Assembly: GCF_000372725.1 (NCBI RefSeq)
Contig: NW_005202427.1
Span: 1,276,459-1,299,416, forward strand
Origin: Emiliania huxleyi CCMP1516
Taxonomy: Eukaryota
Direction of reading: 5' to 3'
DNA: 22,958 bases
Of this stretch, positions 1 through 10,020 are shown piece after piece. The notes under the pieces are model-generated. The model was not told the origin of the DNA. It saw nothing but the letters and a program-made list of their open reading frames with translations, and ran no database searches. The position numbers were made by a program, and so were the translations under genes. Position 1 is the first letter of the stretch; every line of letters starts with the position of its first letter.

Positions 1-1509
1 GCGCTCGCCGACGAGGTGTACACGTCCGCGCGCCTCTACAACCTCTACCACCACCTCGCCGTCCTCCCGGGCAAGGCGCGCAGCCCACCACACACCGCCA
101 CGCCCACACACCGCCACGCCACCACACACCGCCACGCCCACACGCCACCACACACCGCGCTCCACCATCACACCGCACGCCACCATCGCACCACCGCTGC
201 ACCCAGCCGCCTGCACCCCGGATCCCCGCCGCCCCCCCCCCCGAGCCCGGCGCGCCTCTAACGCCCGAGATTACCCGAGATTACCCGAGATTACCCGAGC
301 CCGGCGCGCCTCTAACGCCCGGCCCTCGAGCCCGGCCCACCCGCGTCGCAGGCGCACCTCCCCTGGCGCACCTGGCCGCGCGGCTTCCCGCTCGAGTCCA
401 TCAAGGACAACGCAACCACGTCCGCCGCCTTCCGCCGGCGCGCCCGGCCCTCGCGCCACATCCAAACCCTGGCCCTGACTCTTACCCTGCCCTGGCCAGA
501 ACACCCTAGGCGCGCCTGGCCCTCGCGCCGCATCGGCGTCTTCCAGTCCCTCGCGAACCACGACCCCGACGTGGACGGAATCTACCGGCTCACCCAGGAC
601 CTGCCCCTCTCCTTCAAGCCCTCCCTCGCCGGCACCGGAACCTCGTCCGCAGCGCTCGCAGGCCGGCCCCTCCCCTCTCCGTGGAGGCCCGGCGAGGCGG
701 CGCCCGAGGCGGCGCGGCCTCCGCGCACCGGCCCCGCGCCGAGCCGGCAAGGCTCTGGCCGCTCGCTGGCCGAGCAGGGCGGGGGCGGCGGGCAGGGCGC
801 GGTGGCGGCGGCCAGCAGGGGCGGTCGGCGGCTGAGCGGCGCGGAGGGGCGCGCCGCGCCGCCTCCGCTCCACAGTGCCGCCGCCGCCGCTGGCGGCGGC
901 GGCGGCGGCGCGGCGCATGCGGCGAGGCCATCTGCAGCGCGGGCGGGCGGCGGCGCCTCCTCGCGCGCTATCACTCTGCGCGAGGGCAGCATGATGCCGT
1001 ACAACGCCCAGGCGACGCTGCACGCGCAGCGCGCCCTCTGGTCGCTCCTGCTCCCGTGCTCCGTGCACGGGCGGGTGACCGACATCTGGCGCGCCTACTT
1101 CGCGCAGCGGCTGCTCTGGGACGTCGGGCTGCGGCTCGCCTTCTCGCCGCCGTGGGTGGTCCAGTTCCGCAACGCGCACAACTACCTCGCCGACTTCAAC
1201 TCGGAGGTGCCTCTCTATCAGCAGGCGGGCGCGCTGGTCGGGGCGCTGCTCCGCTGGCAGCCGGCGGCGAGGACGCTGCCCGGCCGCTTCGAGGAGCTCT
1301 ACGTCCACATGTACGAGCTCGGCATCGTCGGCCTCTCCGACGTGCGGCTGGCCCAGGCTTGGCTCGCCGACCTCGACCGCATCGGCTACCCCTTCCCGCC
1401 GATCCTCGACCGGCCTCCGCGGGCGGTCAAGCCGGCGAGGAGCGGCGGGGTGCGAGAGAGGCATGGAGAGAGGAGGGCCGCGACGAGTGGCGCCGGCCAG
1501 GCTACGTAG
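1..1509 (+). CDS. STELLO-like (DUF288) glycosyltransferase-related protein, 5'-partial, spliced (exons ~<1-75, 352-437, 510-1509)
   Basis: Spliced translation gives WPRGFPL, QSLANHDPDVDGIYRL, VHGRVTDIWRAYFAQRLLW and QFRNAHNYLADFNSEVPLY, matching STELLO/DUF288 motifs as I recall them. GC-AG introns at 76-351 and 438-509. The low-complexity 640-960 stretch may hide another intron. Confidence 0.85.
241..321 (+). repeat. 27-nt direct repeat (241-267, 295-321) flanking about 3 copies of the 10-mer CCCGAGATTA, inside intron 1
   Basis: CCGAGCCCGGCGCGCCTCTAACGCCCG occurs twice, separated by AGATTACCCGAGATTACCCGAGATTAC. CACACCGCCAC-type repeats also fill ~85-195. Confidence 0.95.
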
Positions 1510-1733
1510 AGACTAGAGTCCAAAACGTGAGGAGCCGCCGAGGTCCTGAGCGCTGAGGAGGGCGCAGAGAGGAGTTTTTGTCCGGCGCGTGGTCTCTCTC
1601 ATAAATGATTCTAGGGGACTCTTCTCTTCAGTCCACGACGAGCCTCTCTCGGACTCGGTCGCCTCGACCGTGTTCACACGCACATCATGCGCTTGGTGGG
1701 CCGCGGCGGCCGGGGCGGCGCAGCCGCAGGAGG

Positions 1734-2927
1734 TTACCTCGTGCCCCGCAAGGTGAGATCATACGTCCGTCGCTTCCGAGGGTCCGAGAGCACCGCGTGC
1801 GCCTCCTGGAGTCGCTTGAACGACTCCTCTGCCAGCGCCTCGCCATTCTTGTCGGGGTGGAGCTTACGTGCTAGCTTTCGGAACGCCTTTCGGACCTCCT
1901 CCTCGCTCGCCGTGCGCGGCAGCGAGAGCACCGTGTAGTGTGTCTCCGCGCGCAGCACTGCTCTCATCAGCTGAGCCAGCTGCGTGTCCTCTGGCGTCTG
2001 CTGCGGCGCCGCGGGCTCGCGCCCATCGCCCGCCCCGCTGCGGCGCGTCTCTCCCCACACCGCCCGCGGTGCTGCCGCCGCCTGCGCCGCCAGCCAGAGC
2101 AGCCCGGCCGTGAGCATGGCCCACAGATGGGCGAGGGCGGCGGCAAAGGCGGCAAAGGCGGCGACGAGCGCGGTGGACACGGCGTTACCCTCCACCCAGG
2201 CTGCCGAAGCACGCCCACCCGCCGCCTCCGTGTCTTTTGGGCGTGCCGCGTCCGCCCCAGGCCCCGCCGCCGCCCCTGCCGCCGCCCTCGCCGCCGCCCC
2301 TGCCGACCTGGGCCTGACAACCTCCACCTCGGCCTCGGCCTCCGCGGCGAGGCGCGCGGCTGCGAGCGCGGCGGCGTAGGTGGCGTTCCCGGGCTGCAGG
2401 GCCACAGCGCGGCTCAGCATCCGCACCCTCTCGCTGCTGATGCTCGTGCTCCGCATTGCTCGAACGTACCAGCTTGCCGCCGCCTCTGCGTTGGCAGCCC
2501 CGCGCGCCTGCTCGCGCGCCTCCTCGAGCGCGGCGCGAGCGGACCGCTCCAGCTTCGCCGCCGCCTCGGCGCGCGCGTGCGAGGTGCGCGAGTCCGAGCG
2601 GCGGGCGGCGGCCGCGGCAGCCTCCAGCACCGCCCTCGCTCGCTCGACCTTTCGCCGCCTCTCATCGTTGTCGGAGGCGTCGCGCTCGCGTCGGCGAGGA
2701 AGGAGCCGCTGCCGGAAGCCACTGAGGTAGGAGCGGCTCTTGGAGGCTCGTGGTCCGCGCGGAGACTTTGTCAGGCCGGCCTCGTCCATTCGCTTGAGCG
2801 CGTCGGCGTACAGCGCGGTGGACGGGCTGAGTCGCCTGGCCCGCCTGAGGTGAGAGATGGACGCGGACAGGTCCTCCTCCTCTAGGGAGCGCAGGGCGCG
2901 CTCGAAGGCCACCGAGGCCTCCGTCAT
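1734..2927 (-). CDS. DnaJ (Hsp40) J-domain protein with C-terminal J domain, hydrophobic segment and TPR-like helices
   Basis: 397-aa ATG ORF ending THYTVLSL...VRKAFRKLARKLHPDKN...FKRLQEAHAVLSDPRKRRTYD, with an intact HPD motif. Confidence 0.9.
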   Translation of the reverse strand: MTEASVAFERALRSLEEEDLSASISHLRRARRLSPSTALYADALKRMDEAGLTKSPRGPRASKSRSYLSGFRQRLLPRRRERDASDNDERRRKVERARAVLEAAAAAARRSDSRTSHARAEAAAKLERSARAALEEAREQARGAANAEAAASWYVRAMRSTSISSERVRMLSRAVALQPGNATYAAALAAARLAAEAEAEVEVVRPRSAGAAARAAAGAAAGPGADAARPKDTEAAGGRASAAWVEGNAVSTALVAAFAAFAAALAHLWAMLTAGLLWLAAQAAAAPRAVWGETRRSGAGDGREPAAPQQTPEDTQLAQLMRAVLRAETHYTVLSLPRTASEEEVRKAFRKLARKLHPDKNGEALAEESFKRLQEAHAVLSDPRKRRTYDLTLRGTR

Positions 2928-3295
2928 GTGTGTGTTGTGCCACCGACTCGCTGTCCGACAAGGATGGCTGACTGCCGAAAAAGGAGCGGGCGGGCCTCTG
3001 CGCCGGGGAGGCGTTGTTGGCGGCTAGGACGCAAGCGTCCGTCGCCGTTTTCAAACTCGGGGCCCACTCCGCTACGCCCTACGCTCCGACCCGAATTTGG
3101 AGGGCCATGAAATTTAAGGTGTTGCTGCGCAAAAGGGGTGGCGCGCGGGCGCGCGCGCGGCGGCGGGCGTCGAGCGCGGAGCGGCAAACACAATGACGTC
3201 GGAAAGCTCTGCATCAAGTACGATACAGTAGGCTCTATAGCACGGAACCAGAGTGCAAAGCATCCTCTCCGTCCCGTGCAAAAGAGTGGCGAGGG

Positions 3296-4206
3296 CTCTG
3301 GGGGGGCGCGGGGGCCCCCGGAGGCACCGTGCGCCGCGCCGCAGTGCGGAAACGGGGCCCCGGCTCCGTTAGTCTCCGTTAGCACCAACTTCCCGAATCA
3401 TTACGGTTGATTAGAGGGCATATTTGGAGAGATCTCGAGGAGTACATACAGATAGACCCTCCAACCATCAGAAACCTCCGACCTGATCGGTCGTACTGAC
3501 CGCCGACAGATCACCCCAGACAGCAGACAGGCCGACGTCTGCACGCGGCCGGCCGGGCGAGAGGCTTGACACGATCCGACCCTGCGACCATGACGCTGCT
3601 GCTCTAGCTATCAGACATGCACTGCTGACTGCTGCCACAATGTGCGACCTGTGCTGGCCCACTTGGCGGCCTTCCCGGTCGGTGGTGAGGCGCAGTTCAG
3701 AGCTGTCGATGGCGCGATGCCGCACTGGTCCCACATTGGTGACACGAGACCACCAAGTTTGCCGTTCCAAGAGAGAGGTACCGGCGCTGTCCTGAGAAGG
3801 TGCGTGGTCCCTCTTGACTGCCCATGCGCGCGAGCGTGCGTAGGCATAGCCTCGAGAGTGCCAGCAGCCAATCCGAGGCGACGCGCATTGATTGCGCCAG
3901 AAGCGTGCACACGTTGGAAGGACACCTTCCTACTGGCCGTACGATCAGACAGGTCGTCACTGAATGCTTGATACTAAGGCCGCGAGCTATGCAGGTGATC
4001 AATTGTGCAGCAGGGCACGGTCAGCAGCGCCGACAGGCTGTCGCAAGGCGTGATAGCATGGCCGCAATACGCCGAATTCCCATGAACAAGTAAAAAATCG
4101 CGCGAAAAAAGAAAAAAATCTCGAAAAATCGGCGCCTGCGGCGGGCCGTGGGACCCCATCTCCCCCCCGCATGGGTACCCTCTAGGGCCCCCGCGCCCCC
4201 CCAGAG
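3296..4206. mobile_element. Non-autonomous DNA transposon (911 bp), perfect 22-bp TIRs, 8-bp TSD
   Basis: CTCTGGGGGGGCGCGGGGGCCC at 3296-3317 is the exact reverse complement of 4185-4206. GGCGAGGG flanks both ends (3288-3295, 4207-4214). No transposase ORF is recognisable inside. Confidence 0.9.
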
Positions 4207-4313
4207 GGCGAGGGCCGCGGATGGCGCACGCGTTCGCGTGGGAGGCGGGGTGAGGTGCCGCAATGCCAGCAGACGTTTACCTTACCTTACCTTACCTTAG
4301 ATGGACCGCCAGA

Positions 4314-6236
4314 TTAGGCCTCGCGGCCGCGTCTCCCGCGCGCAAAGAGCAAGTTTTCGCAGTGGCCTAGAGCGTGTAGATGCGTTGTGTGAGAGACGAG
4401 TCAGTGCGCGAAAAAGGGCGCAAGAGCCTAAGGCCTCGTCGGCGGCGAAAGTAGCCAGAGCCACGTACTAGTGGCAGCAAGCCTGTAGGGGCGGGCCGGT
4501 CACTGTCAACTCGGCGAGCCGCAAGCATTCACCTTCTTCTCGCAATCTCTTGGGCACCCAGCAATGCCCCAAGCGCTCCACGTCGGAGCGTCTAGGAGGC
4601 TGCATCTCTCGGAGCTCTAAGCCGGGCATCTCGGCGGAATCTCACCCATCTGCTCGCCGCCCGAGCACCAATCGGCGGAGGCATCGTACAGCTGGTGGCC
4701 TGTTCACGCGTCGTCTTCTGTGAAGAGGCGCATTCGACGAGGGCGGAGGAGCCACACAGCCGGCAGCGACCGGAGCGGCGTAGCAGTGCAAGCAGGCGGC
4801 CGTACCCCAGGAACGTCGCATTGTCTGGCGCCCACTTGAGAGAGAGGTGGACCTACGTGCTGAATACGCCGACATGAGGGCGGGAAGACGGTATTGTGCA
4901 GCGTATTCAGAGCACCGCGTGAACACGATGAATAGGAATTACAGCGGAATACGGGTGAACACAGCGGAATACGTGTCCTCTCGGGCGCTGGTTGGGATAC
5001 AAGAGTACGTATTCCGCTTCTAGGGAGGTGGACCTCGAGGGCGAACTGGTCGACGGTGGCGAAGAAGAGCGGGTTGTGGGCCACCGTGTCGGCGTACAGC
5101 GAGTACTCGCAGCCCTCGCAATCCATCTTGAGCACTGCCTATTCACAGCTAGAGGTGTGAAGAGACGCTGTTCACAGCCTCCTCGCAGTCCATCTTGAGC
5201 ACTGCCAGTGGCGCCGCCGGCGCATCGACGCCGCCGCCGCGGCCTCCTCCCGTCACCCTCCTCCCGACAGCCTCCGTCGGCCCGACCGCTCTGCGGAGCT
5301 CAGCGCTGCCAGGCGGGCGCAAGCGGTGGGATGGGCGATCGCCTAAAAGACATGTCTCGGACATGACCTGGACGTGTCCTGGACATGCCTCGCGGTGGGA
5401 CGGGCGATCGCCCCCGCGTATCAACACCTCGAGATTGCGGGAGAAGACCGCCTCGTCCGCGAACCTACGGGAGGGGGCTGTGAGGCTCTGGGACGCTTTC
5501 GAGAGGGCTCCGAGACGGCCAACGAAGCAAGGGACATGATGTCGGTGAGTCTCTCGCAGCCGCTAGCCTCTCTCGGCTAGACCTCCTGGCTAGATGTCGT
5601 CTATATCTCGGCAAGATCACAGATCGCGACCAGATTGCAGCCCGATCACAGATCGCGGACATATTGCAGCCAGATCGCGGCTAGATCGCGGCTGGTGCAG
5701 ATCTCTGCCAGCTCTCTAAGCTCGGCGAACCTCTCAGCGGTCGCGAGCCGAGTCAGGAAGGACGGACCAACAGTCCGCCAGCCCGCACCAATCCGCGGCT
5801 CCGGCAGCAGTGCAGCGAGGCTGCAGTTCGGCCGCATGCGAGGCGAGGCGCCCGGCCCGCACATCAGGCGAGGCGTGCTCGCCGGCGCCGCCCAGGGCTT
5901 GAAGAAGACGTTCGGGCCGAGGCGCGGCGGGTGGCGCACCGTTGGATCGCACGCCACCACGCGGCATCCCGTCCGGTTGGCGAGCTCGAGCTCGAACCAG
6001 TAGTTACGCTCCACCCCGTAGCTCACAACTGTGCACGCGCCGGCCTCGTACTCTGCATGGCAGAGCACGTGGACGCCGTATGTGCTCCCGCCGTGCCCAC
6101 GGCCAACCCTCATCCGCTCGCACGACGGCAAACCAGCCTGCTTCCGGCGCAGCCGCAGGTCGATGGCCTCGCCGGTGGCGATTAGCGCTTCGAGTGCTTC
6201 CGAGTCGGTGACTGGCGCGTACGATGCCATGTACAT
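4314..6236 (-). CDS. SAM-dependent methyltransferase, Methyltransf_22/METTL24/FkbM-like; exons 6236-5731, 5464-5412, 5342-5206, 5138-5034, 4852-4771, 4699-4646, 4482-4435, 4366-4314
   Basis: Motifs CTVVSYGVERNYWFE...CRVVACDPTV, VLKMDCEGCEY, VDQFALEVH, YGRLLALLRRSGHQL and HCENLLFAR join in frame across seven GT/GC-AG introns to TAA at 4316-4314. The start codon is uncertain. Confidence 0.82.
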
Positions 6237-6319
6237 GCGGCCTCGACGGAGCTTGCCAGGACACTCACAGGACACACAGAGGCGACCATACGTGAGTGCC
6301 GTCCTGTTCAGACCGTCAT

Positions 6320-6485
6320 CACTTTGATCATGGTCGGATCATGGTCCGATCACGGTCGGAACAGATGGGGCCCGTGGTGACGGCCCTATTTCCGGACCTT
6401 GATCCTTTCGTGATCAGCCCATGTTCCGACCATACTCGAACCTATGTTCCATCCGTGATCGGCACATGGTCTGACCATGTTCGAA
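6320..6485. repeat. Degenerate 10-11-mer repeat tract (GATCATGGTCG / CCGACCATG) in both orientations
   Basis: Repeated ATGGTCGGA and TCCGACCAT variants. A + strand GTGAGT donor-like site lies just upstream (~6293), so this may be an intron remnant. Confidence 0.6.
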
Positions 6486-6779
6486 GAAGCGGCCCCGGCC
6501 CAGGCCCCGGTCGCCCCGGCCGCGACGGAGGCAACGCTCGACGACGAAGACGACGATGCCTCCGGCCCGTCCATACTCCTCCGTGCCGCGGCCGAGATGA
6601 TTGTAGACGAGGCGGAACGCAACCGCCACATTGACGCAGCCGAGGCGCTGCTCGGGCTAATTCCGACTGTGGACCTGGAGACCAGCGTCATGGGCGTTGG
6701 CGGCGAAGGAGAGGAGCCTGCCAATGAGGTCGGTGCTGGCGGCCCTGGGCCCGTAAATGGCGAGCCAGACGCCGGCCCA

Positions 6780-7330
6780 TCACCGGGAAGGGAGGCGCCG
6801 AGGCTTGGCGCGAGGCGTGCCTGGCATGTGAAATTTGTGCTCCGGGGTGTACTTGATGGTAGGGTGTTGTCCTCCCAAGATCTGCTCAGAGTCTCGGTCA
6901 TCGAAGCCGTAAGAGGTGTACTCTTGGAACTTCATGACAACCTTACTCGACCCATCTGTGATGCCGAGCTCATTTGGGGTGAACGTCGCCCAGCAGGTCT
7001 CCTCGCCGACTTCGTGGGAGCCGGAGTAGTGCAACTCACAAGTGCCTATCGGTGGCTGCGGCTTGGGGACGACGTGGACCGGGATCTGGATCGATTTCGG
7101 AGAGTCGGCCGCGCCGTCCAGAGTGACCGTGCACCTGTAATAGCCGTCCACCCCAACGGTGGCGGTGCTCTGCGCCCGCACGAAGCATTAGTCGTCGCGC
7201 GGACTGGTGAACACGTTGTCAGACTTGGTGAATTTAAACGTGGCGCCGTCGGTGGTCTGCTTGTCGTTGCTCCGCGCACACCTAATGCCGGTCGAGGACT
7301 GCCCGACATAGAAGGACAGAGAGTCGAGAG
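6780..7330 (-). pseudogene. Disrupted coding fragment, beta-rich/Ig-like appearance, unidentified
   Basis: ORFs 7188..7442 and 6780..7181 share a frame and are separated by one TAA. The joined sequence has protein-like composition (FKFTKSDNVF...DGYYRCTVTLDG...IQIPVHV). Confidence 0.4.
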
Positions 7331-7410
7331 GTGCGGCCCGTCCCAGCCGTCTCGTGTTGAGAGGCGTGGGTGGGGCGGTCAGAGTAGGGGCCGCAGAACG
7401 TCCAGGGGAG

Positions 7411-7717
7411 GTGGACGCGGACCTCAACCCGCTGCCCGTCACCGTCCGCGTGGGGACGGCCGTCGACGTCGTCGGGCTCGCGGGGCGGTGCTCGGCTAAA
7501 CCAGACCAGGCGGTCCGGCGCCGCGACTCCTTTCTTACGGCGGCTCGACTCCTTGTTTAGGCCGAAGACGATCACGGGCTTCCAGACGCACACCACGCCC
7601 GTGCTGCTGGCCATCGGCGAGCGTGCCGAGCTCGCGACGGACGAGTACCTGCCGCTCACCTCGGTGCTCGAGGGCGTGGTCATCCTCAAAAAGAACCCAG
7701 AGTTCGAGGGGCAGTGA
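7411..7717 (+). pseudogene. RPN1: 3'-terminal fragment of 26S proteasome regulatory subunit RPN1/PSMD2 (exons 7411-7487, 7561-7717)
   Basis: Spliced peptide [77 protein letters not shown] matches the conserved RPN1 C-terminus. GT-AG intron at 7488-7560. No upstream RPN1 exons are visible. Confidence 0.88.
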
Positions 7718-8206
7718 GGAAGCACGGCGAGGCGCGGTAAGACGCGGCGCATGCGTGGCGAGGCGGGGGGGGAGGGGGGGGATGCCGCCCACACGCCACA
7801 CGCACACCCACAGGTGCCACCTCGCCTCGGGAGCCCCGCCGCGACTTGCCATTTCGCGCCGCCAAAAGGAACCGTCTCTGGCGTCCAACGAGCTTTTTTG
7901 TATTGAAGAGATTCTGACGTCTGTCATCAGTGACACGAGCGGTGTCCCTTCTGACCTCCCGCGTCCCGGATGAGGGGATGACCTGGCAGCTGGCTGCTCC
8001 CGTCAGGAAGCGGAGAAGCGCGTCCACCGCCGGCGCTCCCGGCGGCGCGCGCTCTCCGTGAAATTCACACCCAGAATATCTCGGCCATGCCACACGCCGG
8101 CCCGCTCGTCTCGCCCCGCCGGGTGCGGAGTCGGCTCCGCGGATGACTAAGATATAACGTTACGTATCTACCGCCTACCGGGAACTGATTCAAGATAAGA
8201 GTAACT

Positions 8207-9427
8207 CTACCATCTTTGCGAGGCGGCGCCTTGCACGCAGATTAATCGCTCGGCGGGGCACAAAGCATTCTCACCCAACACGTGCGTGGTGCCCGTTCTC
8301 CGGAGCTCTGTCGCCACCTCAGAGGGCACGCGCCCCTTGTGGCAGTTGAGGTGCAGCTCGATCGGCCAGACTCCCACGCGAGTCTGAGTTGTCGTACTGC
8401 CATTGGCCAGCGCTCGCCGAGCGGCTTGCATGAAGGCGAGCTGGCTGCGGCTCTCCTCTGCGGCTGCGACGTCGGCCGCGTAGCGAGCTGTGGCAACGCG
8501 GAAGAGCAAGGCATCGTTGGTCGTGTACAGAGAAAATGCATCCTGTACGTGCTGCTTCATAATCGCTTCGTTGAGGACCTTTTCGGAGCCGGCGTTTGAG
8601 TTGCACGAAGGCAAGCGAGCAGAGAGGGGTCCCGGTGCGCCCTCACTGTGCGAGGCGGGCAAGTAGACACCGATACGCGCCATCAGAAACCAGAGAAACT
8701 CGTTGAGTCGCGCGCTCGGTGCCACGTAGTCGTAGGCCGCTAATAGCTGCGCGTAATGCAGCGGAGTTGAGAGGTTGAGGGTGGAGCTGATCCCGCTATT
8801 CAGCCACCGGCTCTGCCGATCCGGGTTTTGGGCTAGCCACAGAGCGAGGTCGTCGGCGAGCAACGTGGCATTCCTCCGCACGCTCGAGGTGCGAGAGAGC
8901 GATGGAACCACACCAAGCCCGCCGTCGAGCCGAAAGTATCGGTATGCAGACCGCTGAAGAGACTTTGGCTCACGCACCACCGTCACGACCTGGAGCATGC
9001 ATGAAGCGTCGCGATACATCTTGCGGAGCTGCGGCAGGTGCGACAGGAAGAGCCGCATGTCACGGCCGTGAGGGTGATAGGAGTGGTAGATGTGCGTGCG
9101 GTGCCACGAGGGCAGCAAGGTCGGGACCTTGTGCCTCTGAAACCGCAGGCCCAAGATGGCGTGGAGCACATCGTTTGGGAAGTGGTGACTAATGGAATGT
9201 GTCGCAACGTAGGACCCCTCCGAGACCGCGCTCCAGTTCTTGCCAATCATACGTCCACTCACATTGACCTCGGGCGGCCTAGCGTTCGCAAGCGCCCAAA
9301 ACAGATCGTCGACGGTGGTACCGCCCGTCTTTGGGATGTGACCAAAGACGGTGAGCGAGCATGTGCCGGCGTCGGAGCGAACGCCTTTCAGCGTCGGATG
9401 AAGATATCGTCGTTCGGCGGCGCTCAT
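8207..9427 (-). CDS. Sulfotransferase family protein (Golgi/galactose-3-O-sulfotransferase-like), single exon, ~406 aa
   Basis: 5'-PSB motif VFGHIPKTGGTTV and 3'-PB motif VTVVREPKSLQRSAYRYF. First ATG at 9427 (MSAAERR). The upstream extension of the 623-aa ORF overlaps METTL5 and low-complexity DNA. Confidence 0.8.
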   Translation of the reverse strand: MSAAERRYLHPTLKGVRSDAGTCSLTVFGHIPKTGGTTVDDLFWALANARPPEVNVSGRMIGKNWSAVSEGSYVATHSISHHFPNDVLHAILGLRFQRHKVPTLLPSWHRTHIYHSYHPHGRDMRLFLSHLPQLRKMYRDASCMLQVVTVVREPKSLQRSAYRYFRLDGGLGVVPSLSRTSSVRRNATLLADDLALWLAQNPDRQSRWLNSGISSTLNLSTPLHYAQLLAAYDYVAPSARLNEFLWFLMARIGVYLPASHSEGAPGPLSARLPSCNSNAGSEKVLNEAIMKQHVQDAFSLYTTNDALLFRVATARYAADVAAAEESRSQLAFMQAARRALANGSTTTQTRVGVWPIELHLNCHKGRVPSEVATELRRTGTTHVLGENALCPAERLICVQGAASQRW

Positions 9428-9680
9428 CACGAGCGGCACTGAGGTAAGAGGCAGCGTTAACCAGCGGGCGGCGGCGCTTTCAAGGTGCCTTGTTTCATGT
9501 TTGCCCGGTCGGCCGTTGCATTCGGGGTTTTCTTCTTGTTCTCCAGAAGAAAAAAAAGTTGTCGGTTCGGCACCGGGCACCGCCTCGGTACACTCTGCCT
9601 GCGGGCCGACGTTCACATTTCGACTTTTTGTTCTTTCCTGCTCCCCGCGCGCTCTCTCTCTCTCATGCTCTCTCTCTTTC

Positions 9681-9976
9681 TCACGACGGCACCTCCTCCT
9701 CCCCCTCCCCCTCCTCGCCCCCGCCCCCTCTCTGCACTCTCCAAAAGTCGACCGCCACGTCCTTGCTCGGCTGCCGGTGGTGCTTGTACATTCTGGGGAT
9801 CTCGAACCGCAGCTCCGCCACCACGGAGGCCTCGCCGCCGGCCTCGGCCGCCTTTTTCGCGATGAACGGGCGGGTGGAGGTCTTGTGCAGCGAATAGACC
9901 GCGCCGCCGGGCCGGCAGAGCCGCAGCCCCGCCTGCAGAAACGCCACGTCCGCGCCGTGCGACTCGCTTCGCGTCC
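9681..9976 (-). pseudogene. METTL5: C-terminal part of METTL5 (18S rRNA m6A methyltransferase), lacking a visible N-terminus
   Basis: TRSESHGADVAFLQAGLRL...AVYSLHKTSTRPFIAKKA...VVAELRFEIPRMYKHHRQPSKDVAVDFWR matches the METTL5 C-half. Homology stops just after the expected position of the catalytic NPPF motif. Confidence 0.82.
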
Positions 9977-10020
9977 TCTTGTAAGGACGATCAGGGACAC
10001 AGGGGAAGGGGAGCGGGGAG

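Noticed and set aside
4277..4299. (CTTAC)n pentamer tract
   Set aside because: An ordinary microsatellite with no TSD or element body to call it a LINE tail.
8174..8193. Weak inverted similarity to 15219-15238 as large-element TIRs
   Set aside because: Only partial identity and no TSD.
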